From contig JAGHAF010000096.1 in NCBI GenBank assembly GCA_021161675.1, positions 6,201-70,200 of the forward strand: a stretch of 64,000 nucleotides of DNA. The letters are read 5' to 3'. Shown here piece after piece: positions 54,419 through 63,523 of the stretch (position 1 is its first letter; each line of letters opens with the position of its first letter). A program made the position numbers and the translations under genes. The notes beneath the pieces were generated by a model. It was not told where the DNA came from and searched no databases. It worked only from the letters and a program-made list of their open reading frames with translations. Origin of the DNA: Planctomycetota bacterium. GTDB lineage: Bacteria > Planctomycetota > Brocadiia > SM23-32.

Positions 54419-55738
54419 ATGGAGCCGACGGAGCTGAGCAAATTCACCCTCCTGCAAAAGATGGGCAAGGGCGGTGTGGGAACCGTATACCGCGCCAGGG
54501 ATAACGACACCGGGCGGATCGTTGCCCTGAAGACCTTCACACCCGATCAGGATCGCCCCCCGCAGCGTATCCGCAGGCTGCGCGATCGCGAGGTGAAGAT
54601 GCTGGCGAGCATCCGCCATCCGAATGTGATCCGTTATTTCGAATCCGGACAGTATCGCGACTGCTTCTACTACACCATGGAGTTCGTCGAGGACAGCCTC
54701 CTGAAGTTGCAACGCAGCAACAAGCCGTTGTCCCTGCTGGACAAGGTGCACATCCTGCGTCAGAGCGCCGACGCCCTCGTGGAAATCCACCAGAAGGGCG
54801 TGATCCATCGGGACGTGAAACCCGGCAACATCCTCCTCGACAGGGACCCGAACGGCGCCTTTCACGTGAAGCTGACGGACCTGGGCATCGCGAAGGACGT
54901 GAGCGAGTCGGACATCGTCCGCGAGGGGGCCAATCACCAGGTGCCCGGCACCGCCAAATACCTATCTCCAGAGCAGATCACGCACGTCGCTCTGGACGGG
55001 CGAAGCGACGTCTTCAGCCTCGGCATCGTAGCCTACCAGTTGCTCACCGGCGCCAAGCCCTTCAACGCCGAGGCGCCCGGCGGCTACCTGACAGCAAACC
55101 TCGAGCAAGAAGCGACACCACTGGATCATATCAGCGAAGACCTGCCGGCCTGGCTCTGCCGAATGCTTGAGAAAATGATGGCCAAGGACCGCCAGGAACG
55201 CTATGACTCCGAAACACTGGCGCGCGACCTCGCCCTGGCGGAGCAGCATCTCATCCGTGGGACCCCCCTGGTGGAGGAGGCCAATTCCCTGTCCATCTTC
55301 TACCGGCCGAGCGGCCAGCAAGAACCTGTCCGCAAACGCCGGTTTGGCCGGATCGCCGCATCTACGTGGATTACGGCCCTGGCCGTCCTCATCGCAGGGG
55401 GCATGGCCGCGGACCTGCTGTGGCCAGGGGCGTCCGCCGGACCGCACGCGGACTTGAAGCGGGCGCGCAGGCTCGCCAACGGGGGGGCGCCCTGGTACGC
55501 CCTGGCCCTCCTGCGCGATCTTCCTACCGACAAGATGGACCCACCAGACGCCGCCGCCGTCCGGCGCCTCTCTCTCAGCTCCCAGGACACGCTCGGCAGC
55601 GCCAGCTACCGCTGCGCCATCTACATGCTGGAGCAGGACCGTCGCCCCGAGGCCGAAGTGCTGCTGCGCCAGATGGAGGACATGTTCCCGCAGTCGTCGT
55701 GGACGGACAGGCTGAGACACGAGCTGGAGGCCCGCTAG
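54419..55738 (+). CDS. serine/threonine protein kinase
   Basis: GKGGVGTVYRA, VALK, HRDVKPGNILLD, DLGIAKD, GTAKYLSPE. C-terminal region with a TM-like segment ITALAVLIAGGMAA. Confidence 0.85.
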   Translation: MEPTELSKFTLLQKMGKGGVGTVYRARDNDTGRIVALKTFTPDQDRPPQRIRRLRDREVKMLASIRHPNVIRYFESGQYRDCFYYTMEFVEDSLLKLQRSNKPLSLLDKVHILRQSADALVEIHQKGVIHRDVKPGNILLDRDPNGAFHVKLTDLGIAKDVSESDIVREGANHQVPGTAKYLSPEQITHVALDGRSDVFSLGIVAYQLLTGAKPFNAEAPGGYLTANLEQEATPLDHISEDLPAWLCRMLEKMMAKDRQERYDSETLARDLALAEQHLIRGTPLVEEANSLSIFYRPSGQQEPVRKRRFGRIAASTWITALAVLIAGGMAADLLWPGASAGPHADLKRARRLANGGAPWYALALLRDLPTDKMDPPDAAAVRRLSLSSQDTLGSASYRCAIYMLEQDRRPEAEVLLRQMEDMFPQSSWTDRLRHELEAR

Positions 55739-55753
55739 CCCGGGTTAGGGCCG

Positions 55754-57133
55754 ATGTCGCTTTTCCAAGAACCACCGGACGAAAACGCACTGCACGCCGC
55801 CGGAGATGCGCCGCTTGCCCTTCGGATGCGTCCGCGCACGCTCGAAGAATTCGTGGGGCAGGACCACTTCCTCGGCCAGGAACGGCTCCTGTGGCGCATG
55901 ATCCGGGCCGATCGGCTCGCCTCACTCATCTTCTACGGCCCGCCCGGCACCGGGAAGACCTCCCTGGCGCACATCATAGCCGGCCGCACGGAGGCGCACT
56001 TCGACCCCGTCAACGCCACCACCTCCAACGTCTCCGAATTGCGCGACCTCATAACCCGGGCGGCCGAACGCAAGCGACGGGCCGGCCGGCGCACCGTGCT
56101 TTTCATCGATGAGCTGCACCGCTTCAACCGCGCCCAGCAGGACGTGCTGCTGCCCGACGTCGAAAAGGGCACGGTCATCCTCATCGGCGCCACCACGCAC
56201 AACCCCTTCCACTCGATCAACTCCCCCCTGCTGTCTCGTTCGCAGATATTCCAGTTCAAACCGCTGGACAAGAACCAAATATGCGCCCTGCTCAGGCGCG
56301 CGCTCAGCGACGAAGAGCGGGGCCTGGGGGCCGTGCCGGTCGACATGGAAGAGGAAGCGCTTGACTTCCTGGCCGAGATCAGCGACGGCGACGCCCGCCG
56401 CGCGCTCAGCGCACTGGAGGTGGGCACGCTCAGCGCCGAGCCGGGGCCCAACGGCCGCATCCACTTCGACCTCCATCTGGCCCAGGACTCCATACAACAG
56501 AAGGCCATCCTCTACGATCGCGATGAAGATGAGCACTACGACACGATCAGCGCGTTCATCAAGAGCATGAGGGGCAGCGACCCGGACGCCGCGCTCTACT
56601 GGATGGCGAAGATGCTGGAAGGCGGGGAGGATCCCGGCTTCGTGGCCCGGCGGATCGTAATCTGCGCCGCGGAGGATGTGGGCAACGCCGCCCCTCTGGC
56701 GCTCGTGCTGGCCACCGCCGCCCAGCAGGCCGTCGAATTCGTCGGCATGCCGGAGGCGAAGATCCCCCTCGCCCAGGCGGTTACTTACATCGCCTGCGCG
56801 CCCAAGAGCAACGCCTCCTACCTGGCCATCGCCGCCGCTGAGAAGGACGTCCAGGAGGGCCGCACCCTCCCCGTGCCCGACTACCTGAAGTCCTCCGCCT
56901 ATCCCGGAGCCGAGCGCCTGGGCCACGGCCAGGGCTACCGCTACGCCCATTCATACAAAGACCACTGGGTGGAGCAGGACTACATCCCCACCACGCGGAT
57001 CTATTACCGTCCCACCGAGCAGGGCCACGAGATGAAACAGAAACAGCGGCTGGACGCCCTCCGCCGCGCTCGCGGCATCACCGACGAAGAAACCAAAGGG
57101 GACGAGACCGCCGGGGACCCGGGAGGAATGTAG
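55754..57133 (+). CDS. rarA: replication-associated recombination protein A (AAA+ ATPase, MgsA/RarA)
   Basis: GPPGTGKTSLA Walker A, VLFIDELHRFN Walker B, and the RarA-specific C-terminal domains. Confidence 0.9.
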   Translation: MSLFQEPPDENALHAAGDAPLALRMRPRTLEEFVGQDHFLGQERLLWRMIRADRLASLIFYGPPGTGKTSLAHIIAGRTEAHFDPVNATTSNVSELRDLITRAAERKRRAGRRTVLFIDELHRFNRAQQDVLLPDVEKGTVILIGATTHNPFHSINSPLLSRSQIFQFKPLDKNQICALLRRALSDEERGLGAVPVDMEEEALDFLAEISDGDARRALSALEVGTLSAEPGPNGRIHFDLHLAQDSIQQKAILYDRDEDEHYDTISAFIKSMRGSDPDAALYWMAKMLEGGEDPGFVARRIVICAAEDVGNAAPLALVLATAAQQAVEFVGMPEAKIPLAQAVTYIACAPKSNASYLAIAAAEKDVQEGRTLPVPDYLKSSAYPGAERLGHGQGYRYAHSYKDHWVEQDYIPTTRIYYRPTEQGHEMKQKQRLDALRRARGITDEETKGDETAGDPGGM

Positions 57134-57193
57134 CTCAAGCGCGCCGCCCTGAGCCATCTCATGCGAGCTTCCGCCAAATGGCCGGGCAAAAAC

Positions 57194-57221
57194 TTGACAA
57201 TATCACCCCCCTTCCTACAAT
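57194..57221 (+). promoter_or_regulatory. sigma70-like promoter candidate (TTGACA-N16-TACAAT) upstream of the DNA methyltransferase gene
   Basis: TTGACA at 57194-57199 and TACAAT at 57216-57221, about 145 nt upstream of the MTase ATG at 57368. Confidence 0.4.
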
Positions 57222-57367
57222 GACATCGCGCGTGCCGATGCGGCAGAACAGCCAGATGCGCTATGTTCAGTATCTGGCGGGCTAACCGTCCATGAGGGGA
57301 AGGGGTAAATCCCCTCATGTACACCATTTGGGGAACTCAGTCTGCGCATTCTTATCGGGGAGAGCCA

Positions 57368-58263
57368 TGCTCCCGACACTGGATATCTACTTCGGCGACA
57401 ATCTGCCCATCCTCCGGCAGTTCGCGGATGAGTCCTTTGACCTTGTCTACATCGACCCGCCGTTCAATACCGGTAAAGTGCAGAAACACACACGCATCGA
57501 AACTGTCCGAGACAAAGACGGCGATCGGGTTGGGTTCCAGGGGAAACGCTACAAGACGATCACGCTGGGGAGCATGGCTTTCGAGGACGTGTTTGATGAT
57601 TTCCTCAAGATGCTTGAGCCCAGGCTACGTGAGGCATACAGAATCCTGAAACCCAACGGTAGTTTTTTCCTGCACATTGACTACCGCGAGGCGCACTACT
57701 GCAGGGTGCTGTTAGACGCGATGTTTGGACGCGAGAGCTTCCTGAATGAGATCATCTGGGCCTATGACTTCGGGGCCCGCTCCAGGAGCCGATGGTCCGC
57801 CAAACACGATAACATCCTGTGGTATGCGAAGAACCCGGAAGACTATGTCTTCAACTACGATGAGATGGACAGGATACCTTACATGGCGCCGGGGTTGGTG
57901 GGTAAAGAGAAGGCCGCGCGCGGCAAAACTCCTACGGATGTGTGGTGGCACACAATCGTCGCAACCAACGGTAGCGAAAGGACGGGCTATCCTACCCAAA
58001 AACCGTTGGGAATAATCGAGCGCATCGTGAAGACACATTCCCGCCCTGGTGATACGCTGGTGGACTTCTTCGCCGGGAGTGGAACGCTTGGCGAGGCTGC
58101 GCTGAGAAATGAGCGAAGCGCTGTTCTCATCGACAACAACCCCGAAGCCATGGAAGTGATGGCGCGGCGCCTGGCATTCGCCTGTCCGAAGTGGCACGGA
58201 TACGAACCCGCCTCCCAACCCAATCCCCAGATGAATCTGTTTGACAAGAGTGAGGAACAATAA
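57368..58263 (+). CDS. beta-class N4-cytosine/N6-adenine DNA methyltransferase
   Basis: Motif IV IDPPFN precedes motif I FFAGSGTLGEAA, the beta-class order. DNA_methylase_N-4/N-6 family. Confidence 0.85.
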
Positions 58264-58847
58264 TGCACGAAATACGCGACCCCGAGGTTCGTATACTGGC
58301 TGCCATTTCCGCGCAACTGGAAGGTGACTACAAGGCTGTAGAAGATACATGGAAGGGATCTCCCTTTGCGTGGATAATGAAGCATCCTTCACGCCGGAAA
58401 GGAGCCATCGCCGAACGCCTTGTCGCTGGCTGGCTGGCATCGCGGGGTTTCAACGTCACGCGTTCTGGAGGCGCCGAGTCTGACAGGTGCGTCGAAGGGC
58501 ATCTTACGGAGATAAAATTCAGCACACTTTGGAAAAGTGGATCGTACAAGTTCCAGCAGTTTCGTGAGTAAAACTATGATTTTGCGATTTGCCTTGGCAT
58601 ATCGCCTTTCAACGCACATTGCTGGGTATTGACAAAGCAGGAGATTCTCAGGCGCTGGCATGAGACCGGAGACTTAGCATCACAGCATGGCGGAGCGGCC
58701 GGCACAGATACGGCTTCGTTGAGCGTAAACCCGGAGGACGTGCCAGCATGGCTGCGACCATCTGGCGGGACGCTCAGAGCAGGTCTTCAACAAGTGTCGC
58801 GGTTGCCCGGCTTTACTCCGAACTTTCAGGCGGATTCCGCTGAATAG
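58263..58847 (+). pseudogene. PD-(D/E)xK-like nuclease ORF interrupted by an in-frame TAA (candidate inactivated restriction endonuclease)
   Basis: ATG overlaps the MTase stop (TAATG). The first 102 codons contain SD...EGHLTEIK, a D-(x)n-E-x-K arrangement. A TAA at 58569-58571 is followed in the same frame by 92 more sense codons (58572-58847) with no other stop. Confidence 0.35.
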
Positions 58848-58858
58848 CGCCGCCTCGC

Positions 58859-59110
58859 TCAATTCACCACGTTCTGCGGCTCGCCTCGCAGGAATGTCTC
58901 GACGCTCTCGATGGCGGCCTGGAGCAGGCGCACCCGGGCCGCACGCGTGGCCCAGGCTACGTGCGGCGTGATCAAGTAGTTCTTCACCCCAAGCAGCGGA
59001 TGCCCCGCCGGCGGGGGCCCTTCGGAGAGCGCGTCCAGCGCGGCCCCGGCGATGCGCACTTGGTTCGGAGCCCCCCGCCGAACGCACCTCAGCAGTTCCC
59101 GCCCGCTTGA
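58859..59110 (-). pseudogene. 3'-terminal fragment of a D-isomer-specific 2-hydroxyacid dehydrogenase gene
   Basis: ...RIAGAALDALSEGPPPAGHPLLGVKNYLITPHVAWATRAARVRLLQAAIESVETFLRGEPQNVVN matches only the last ~65 residues of the family (GAALDVF..EP...L..LPNV..TPH.A.AT.EA...M...A..N...FL.G.P). The upstream coding frame is cut off before the tRNA-Ser gene at 59163. Confidence 0.45.
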
Positions 59111-59162
59111 CAGCGCGTCCGCTCTTCTCTACACTCAATGATGTCACATACGTCACGCGGAC

Positions 59163-59254
59163 GGAGAGGTGGCTGAGCGGTCGAAAGCGACGGTTTGCTA
59201 AATCGTTGAGGGGCGAAAGCTCCTCCGGGGGTTCGAATCCCCCCCTCTCCGCCA
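59163..59254 (+). tRNA. tRNA-Ser (anticodon GCU), class II, CCA encoded
   Basis: Acceptor GGAGAGG/CCTCTCC. Anticodon stem ACGGT/ATCGT with loop TTGCTAA. Long variable arm GAGGGGCGAAAGCTCCTCC. T-arm GGGGG-TTCGAAT-CCCCC. G discriminator then CCA. Confidence 0.85.
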
Positions 59255-59335
59255 GTTCTTTCCCGCCGCCTTATCCCTCCCGCGTCTTCTCATGCGGACA
59301 GCGGCCGGTTCTTTGAACCGCAAGGAGAACCCGCA

Positions 59336-60253
59336 TTGCCGGATCACAGCGTGCTGCACGTAGTGTTCACAATGAATTGCCTCCCGGCGGGGGTCCGCAA
59401 ACACATCAGAGGCCCCCGGCGCTGGGACGCTGCTGCGAAGGCCCCGGCGGCCTTCGCAAAGGCGCTAGATGAGGCGGGCCTGAAAGCCACGTTCTTCTTC
59501 GCGCCTGAAGCGCTCAGCAAACTCAAATCCATCGCAAATGACCTGCATGACGAAGCCTTCGAACTGGGGCTGCTCTGCCACCCTCAGCTCTCGGGCTACC
59601 AGACATATCTCGGCTCCTACAGCTACGAGCGGCAGAGAGAAATCGTAGCGCTCGATCGGGACACGTGGTCGCAACGCATGGGGATGGTCCCCACCACCTT
59701 CCGCCCCGGCTTTTTCAGCGCCAACGACTACACCTACCACGTGCTGTGCATGGAGGGCTTCCGCCAGGGCAGTTGCTCGCTGCCCGGCCGGATTGACGAC
59801 GAACAGTGCTCCAGGTGGCTTGAATGCCCTCCCTTCCCCCACCACACCGATCCGCTCGATCGCAGCGCGGCGGGGACCATGGAGTTCTTCGAGGCGCCCG
59901 TGACCAGCGACTTCGAGGCCGCTTCTTTCATACCGTATGAGACCTACACGCCCCCCCACCTGCGCATCGAAGAGCCCGATCTCCATTCCTACGCCAGGGA
60001 CCTGATCCTTCGACACCTGTCCCGTATGCTGGAGGATCAAATTGAGCTGAAGGTCATCAACTTCGTCACCTCCAACTTAGTGGGATGGGGACAGGACGAG
60101 GACCCTCACGTGGACAGGCTCCGCAACCTCTGCGCCATGCTGCGGGAGATCGCCCACGAGCGAGGCATGACCCTCCAATGGGCCAGCCTGGAGGCGCTCC
60201 ACCGCAAGACCGATCGCCTCCTGGGCGTCCCCGATGCTGAAGAAGACACATGA
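59336..60253 (+). CDS. hypothetical protein, divergent NodB/CE4-like deacetylase fold candidate
   Basis: 305 aa. ATFFFAPEAL...LHDEAFELGLLCHP...FRPGFF loosely resembles CE4 motifs. Low certainty. Confidence 0.45.
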   Translation: MPDHSVLHVVFTMNCLPAGVRKHIRGPRRWDAAAKAPAAFAKALDEAGLKATFFFAPEALSKLKSIANDLHDEAFELGLLCHPQLSGYQTYLGSYSYERQREIVALDRDTWSQRMGMVPTTFRPGFFSANDYTYHVLCMEGFRQGSCSLPGRIDDEQCSRWLECPPFPHHTDPLDRSAAGTMEFFEAPVTSDFEAASFIPYETYTPPHLRIEEPDLHSYARDLILRHLSRMLEDQIELKVINFVTSNLVGWGQDEDPHVDRLRNLCAMLREIAHERGMTLQWASLEALHRKTDRLLGVPDAEEDT

Positions 60254-60266
60254 GGCGACTCCCGCG

Positions 60267-60911
60267 TCATCCCGGCAATTCTCTTTTCAGGCGGGCGACC
60301 GCCCGATCCGCCAGCCGGGTCGGTTCCGGCAGGCGATACTTCACGCAGCAACGCAGAACCAACTCCTCGGCGGTCTCGAAGTCCGACAGGTGCCCGGGAC
60401 TGACGAAGAGGGGCCGAACGCCCCTGCGGCTTCGCAGGACAGTGCCGATCTGCTCCTCGCCGTCGTAGAGCGGCGCCGAATCGCCCTTCGCGGGGCCGAG
60501 CTCCTCGTGGGTGCCGATCAGGCGGCTCTTGGCGCAGCCCACCGACGGCAGTCCCAGCCACAGGCCGATGTGACTGGCCAGCCCCAGCCGGCGCGGATGC
60601 GCGTAGCCCTGACCGTCAAAGATCACCACGTCCGGCCTGGCGCTGAGGCGGCGAAACGCCTCGACCAGGCCCGGCCCCTCGCGGAAGGTCAACAGGCCCG
60701 GCACGTAAGGGAAAGAACACTTCACGTGCAGGCCCACCTCCTCGACGATCTTCATCTGCGGGAAGCGCAGCAGCGCCACGCTCACAAAGGCGAGGCCGCG
60801 GCGGCGGCTGAACGCCAGGTCCGCCCCGGCCACAAGCTCGATTCTCTCCGGCAAAGGCTCGATGCGCACGCGCCCCGCAAGCGCCTCCTGAATCCGGCGC
60901 GCCTCCGCCAT
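60267..60911 (-). CDS. nfi: endonuclease V
   Basis: VAGADLAF...FPYVPGLLTFREGP...VVIFDGQGYAHPRRLGLASHIGL is the EndoV catalytic core. The start is placed at MAEARRIQEALAG. The ORF extends to 60947. Confidence 0.85.
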   Translation of the reverse strand: MAEARRIQEALAGRVRIEPLPERIELVAGADLAFSRRRGLAFVSVALLRFPQMKIVEEVGLHVKCSFPYVPGLLTFREGPGLVEAFRRLSARPDVVIFDGQGYAHPRRLGLASHIGLWLGLPSVGCAKSRLIGTHEELGPAKGDSAPLYDGEEQIGTVLRSRRGVRPLFVSPGHLSDFETAEELVLRCCVKYRLPEPTRLADRAVARLKRELPG

Positions 60912-60964
60912 CGTGCAATCCCAGCTATGTAGTTCGGGCACTTCCATGCAATCTGTCCAGAAGC

Positions 60965-61052
60965 GATGTCAAATGTCGGACACTCAACTCCCAACGTTCA
61001 ACGAGCGCTCGTAGCATACTTCGACATTGGACATTGAGCATTCGATATTGGG
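60965..61052. repeat. second copy-cluster of the ACATTGG/ATATTG repeat family with palindrome CGAGCGCTCG
   Basis: The exact 20-mer CTTCGACATTGGACATTGAG lies at 61019-61038, CATTCGATATTGGG at 61039-61052, CCAACGTTCAACGAGCGCTCG at 60992-61011, and a degenerate inverted unit at 60965-60987. It sits about 55 nt upstream of the nfi start. Confidence 0.55.
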
Positions 61053-61075
61053 TATTCCCGTTCCCCCTCCTCCCT

Positions 61076-61750
61076 TTATCTCACCCCCAGGTAGCGCGCC
61101 GCCCGGCGGATGTCGTCCGCGTTGGCCGCCATGTAGACGCGATCGCCGGCCTCGATAGTCACCGGCCCCCGGGGGATGATGAACTGAGCGTCCCTCGGCC
61201 GGAATATGCCTGCAATGACGCAGTCCTTGGGGAAACCGGAGGAATCGGCGATCTGGGCCACCGTGCGCCCGGCCGCCTTCGATTCCTCGGGCACCCGGAC
61301 GAATACGATGCTCGCCTGCCCCTCCCCCAACGCGGTCAGCTCTTGCATGGCAGGCTCCTCGATCTCCCAGGTGAACTGGTTGATGTAGAGTTCCACGATG
61401 TTCAACACCCGGTCGGCCCCCGCCAGCTTGTACGCATCTGCGTAACGCAGGTCGCGCATCCGCACTATCACCCTGGGCGCCTCCATGTGCTTGGCCAGCA
61501 CGGTGAAGCAGAGGTTGTCGCTGTCGCGGCGCATGGCCGCCACGGCACAGTCGGCGCGGTCCAGCTCGGCCTCTTCCAGCGTGTTGATGTCGGTGGCCGA
61601 GCCGTGAATGGTCGTCACACCGAGCTGCGAATAGATCCGTTCGCAGACGTCCCGATCCTTGTCTACGACAACGACGTCGTGCTTGCCGGCCGTCAGCTTC
61701 ATGGTCAGACCCCACCCCACCAGCCCGACACCTGCGATAACTATTCTCAT
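61076..61750 (-). CDS. trkA: K+ uptake system NAD-binding peripheral subunit TrkA/KtrA
   Basis: MRIVIAGVGLVGWGL GxGxxG Rossmann motif (RCK_N) plus an RCK_C domain. The start is placed at MRIVIAG. Confidence 0.8.
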   Translation of the reverse strand: MRIVIAGVGLVGWGLTMKLTAGKHDVVVVDKDRDVCERIYSQLGVTTIHGSATDINTLEEAELDRADCAVAAMRRDSDNLCFTVLAKHMEAPRVIVRMRDLRYADAYKLAGADRVLNIVELYINQFTWEIEEPAMQELTALGEGQASIVFVRVPEESKAAGRTVAQIADSSGFPKDCVIAGIFRPRDAQFIIPRGPVTIEAGDRVYMAANADDIRRAARYLGVR

Positions 61751-61797
61751 CTGTCTTCCTCCGAACGTGGATATCTCATGAGCGTTTCTCACATGCT

Positions 61798-61827
61798 CTT
61801 CGTAGCCCGCCGTAGCGGGCTACGAAG
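61798..61827 (-). promoter_or_regulatory. 13-bp perfect GC-rich hairpin (cttcgtagcccgc-cgta-gcgggctacgaag) in the trkH-trkA intercistronic spacer
   Basis: Perfect inverted repeat 68 nt after the trkH stop and about 48 nt before the trkA ATG. Possible intra-operon attenuator/processing or stability element. Confidence 0.45.
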
Positions 61828-61894
61828 TGTAGCTCAGCCGCCATCGCCCGAGATTCCGCAGCCGGGGGCGGCCGCGCTACACACGGATACACTG

Positions 61895-63391
61895 TCAGTG
61901 CCAGGACCGGCGGCTGAAAAGAATCAGCAACGGCAGAATCTCCAGCCTCCCGGCCAGCATTCCCATTATGTAAACCAGTTTGATGACGGGGCTGAGCTGC
62001 ATCATCGCCTCCACGGAGATATAGCAGGGCCCTATGTTGCCCAACGCGCTGAACATGCCGGACGCGCTGCTGAGCGCGTCGTGCCCGCTCAGGGCCGCCG
62101 TGGTCAGCGCACCGAAAAGCAGCAGCGCCACCCAGGCGAAAAGAAGGGCGGCAGTGCGGTAAATCTCCCGCCTGGGGACCTTCCGGCCGTCCACCAGGAG
62201 CAACTGCACTTCGTCGGGCGGGGCCAGCGAGCGCCGGACCTGCCGTCTCATCAGCTTCCAGAGGATCACGATTCGGATCACCTTCAGCCCTCCGGCCGTA
62301 GACCCGGCGCATCCGCCGACCAGCATCAGCGTGAGAAAGACCAGCCTGGCGAGCGGCGTGAAGTAATGTCCGCCGACGTCCCGGGTGGCGTAACCGGTGC
62401 TGGTCGCTATCGAGGTGACCTGGAACAGGCTGTGGCGAAAGCTCTCGCCCACGGAATTCATGCCCGTCGCCATGAGACGGGAGCCGAACACCAGCGCCAC
62501 CGAAACCCCCAGGATCAGCCACCACGCCTTCATCTCGTCCGATTCCCAGAGGGCCTTTATTCGCCCGGTGAGCACCCGGTAATGGACCAGGAAGCTCGTG
62601 CCGCCGGCCCACATCCCCAGGATCAGCAGATACTCTATGGCCACGTGATGCGCGTAGCCCGCCTGTTCGTAGTGAGCGATGCTCGCGTCGTAAGGCGAGT
62701 AGCCGCCCGTGGATAAACAGGTGAACGCGTGGCAGATCACGTCGTAGAAGCTTACGCCGCACAGGCGAAGCCCGATCGCCAGCAGCAGTGTGAAGGCGGA
62801 GTAGATCAGCCACATGATCTTCAGCGTGTTCCACATCCCGGGGGCGATTCGCTCGCCACGGATCTTGTGGCTCTCCGCGGCGAACAGCACGCGAGAAAGC
62901 CCCCCCTGATGAAGCACCACCAGGAAGAAGGTCAGAATCCCCAGCCCGCCAATCCACTGCGCCATGGCCCGCCAGAGAATCAGCGACTTCGGCATCACGT
63001 CCAGCCCCCTCAGCATGGTGATGCCCGTCGTGGTGAACCCGCTCATCGCCTCGAAGTATGCGTCAAGATAGGAAAGCCCCAGGTGAAAGCTGAAGGGGAT
63101 GGCGCCCACGGCGCTGATGGCCACCCAACTGAACACACAGATCAGCATCGCCTCCGGCGTTCCCATCCGCCGGCGCGACCGGGGACCTCGCACGTTCCGC
63201 CAGGCCACGCTCCCCAGCAGCAGCGAGACCAGAATGGGAATGGCGTAGGTCCCGGACCGAACGTCCTGTGCGCCCCCCTCCGCGAAGACAAAGGAGAACG
63301 CAAATGGGATGAGCAGGAGAAAGGCGAATATCAGCAGAATACTGCCGACGTAGCTGACAGCCCTGTGCAGACGGGCAAAGGAGAATCTCAT
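61895..63391 (-). CDS. trkH: K+ transporter membrane subunit TrkH/KtrB
   Basis: 498-aa polytopic protein with repeated M1-P-M2 selectivity-filter-like segments (TGFTT, TTGGY, STGYA, GGLKV). Confidence 0.85.
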   Translation of the reverse strand: MRFSFARLHRAVSYVGSILLIFAFLLLIPFAFSFVFAEGGAQDVRSGTYAIPILVSLLLGSVAWRNVRGPRSRRRMGTPEAMLICVFSWVAISAVGAIPFSFHLGLSYLDAYFEAMSGFTTTGITMLRGLDVMPKSLILWRAMAQWIGGLGILTFFLVVLHQGGLSRVLFAAESHKIRGERIAPGMWNTLKIMWLIYSAFTLLLAIGLRLCGVSFYDVICHAFTCLSTGGYSPYDASIAHYEQAGYAHHVAIEYLLILGMWAGGTSFLVHYRVLTGRIKALWESDEMKAWWLILGVSVALVFGSRLMATGMNSVGESFRHSLFQVTSIATSTGYATRDVGGHYFTPLARLVFLTLMLVGGCAGSTAGGLKVIRIVILWKLMRRQVRRSLAPPDEVQLLLVDGRKVPRREIYRTAALLFAWVALLLFGALTTAALSGHDALSSASGMFSALGNIGPCYISVEAMMQLSPVIKLVYIMGMLAGRLEILPLLILFSRRSWH

Positions 63392-63523
63392 CCGCGCCCC
63401 GCATCAAGTAGATTTTTAATCAGCGCCTGGAGGCCATTGTAAATGGCGCCCGGGCGAGATTCCAAGGGCGGGGGACTCGGCGCGTTTGACAGCCTCACGG
63501 GGCGCCTCTACCATAACCGAACG

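Noticed and set aside
57134-60253. Classical tRNA-associated genomic island (MTase/REase near tRNA-Ser).
   Set aside because: No integrase, recombinase or direct repeat of the tRNA 3' end is visible. The foreign-looking genes lie 5' of the tRNA rather than 3'. Retained only as a gene-decay observation.
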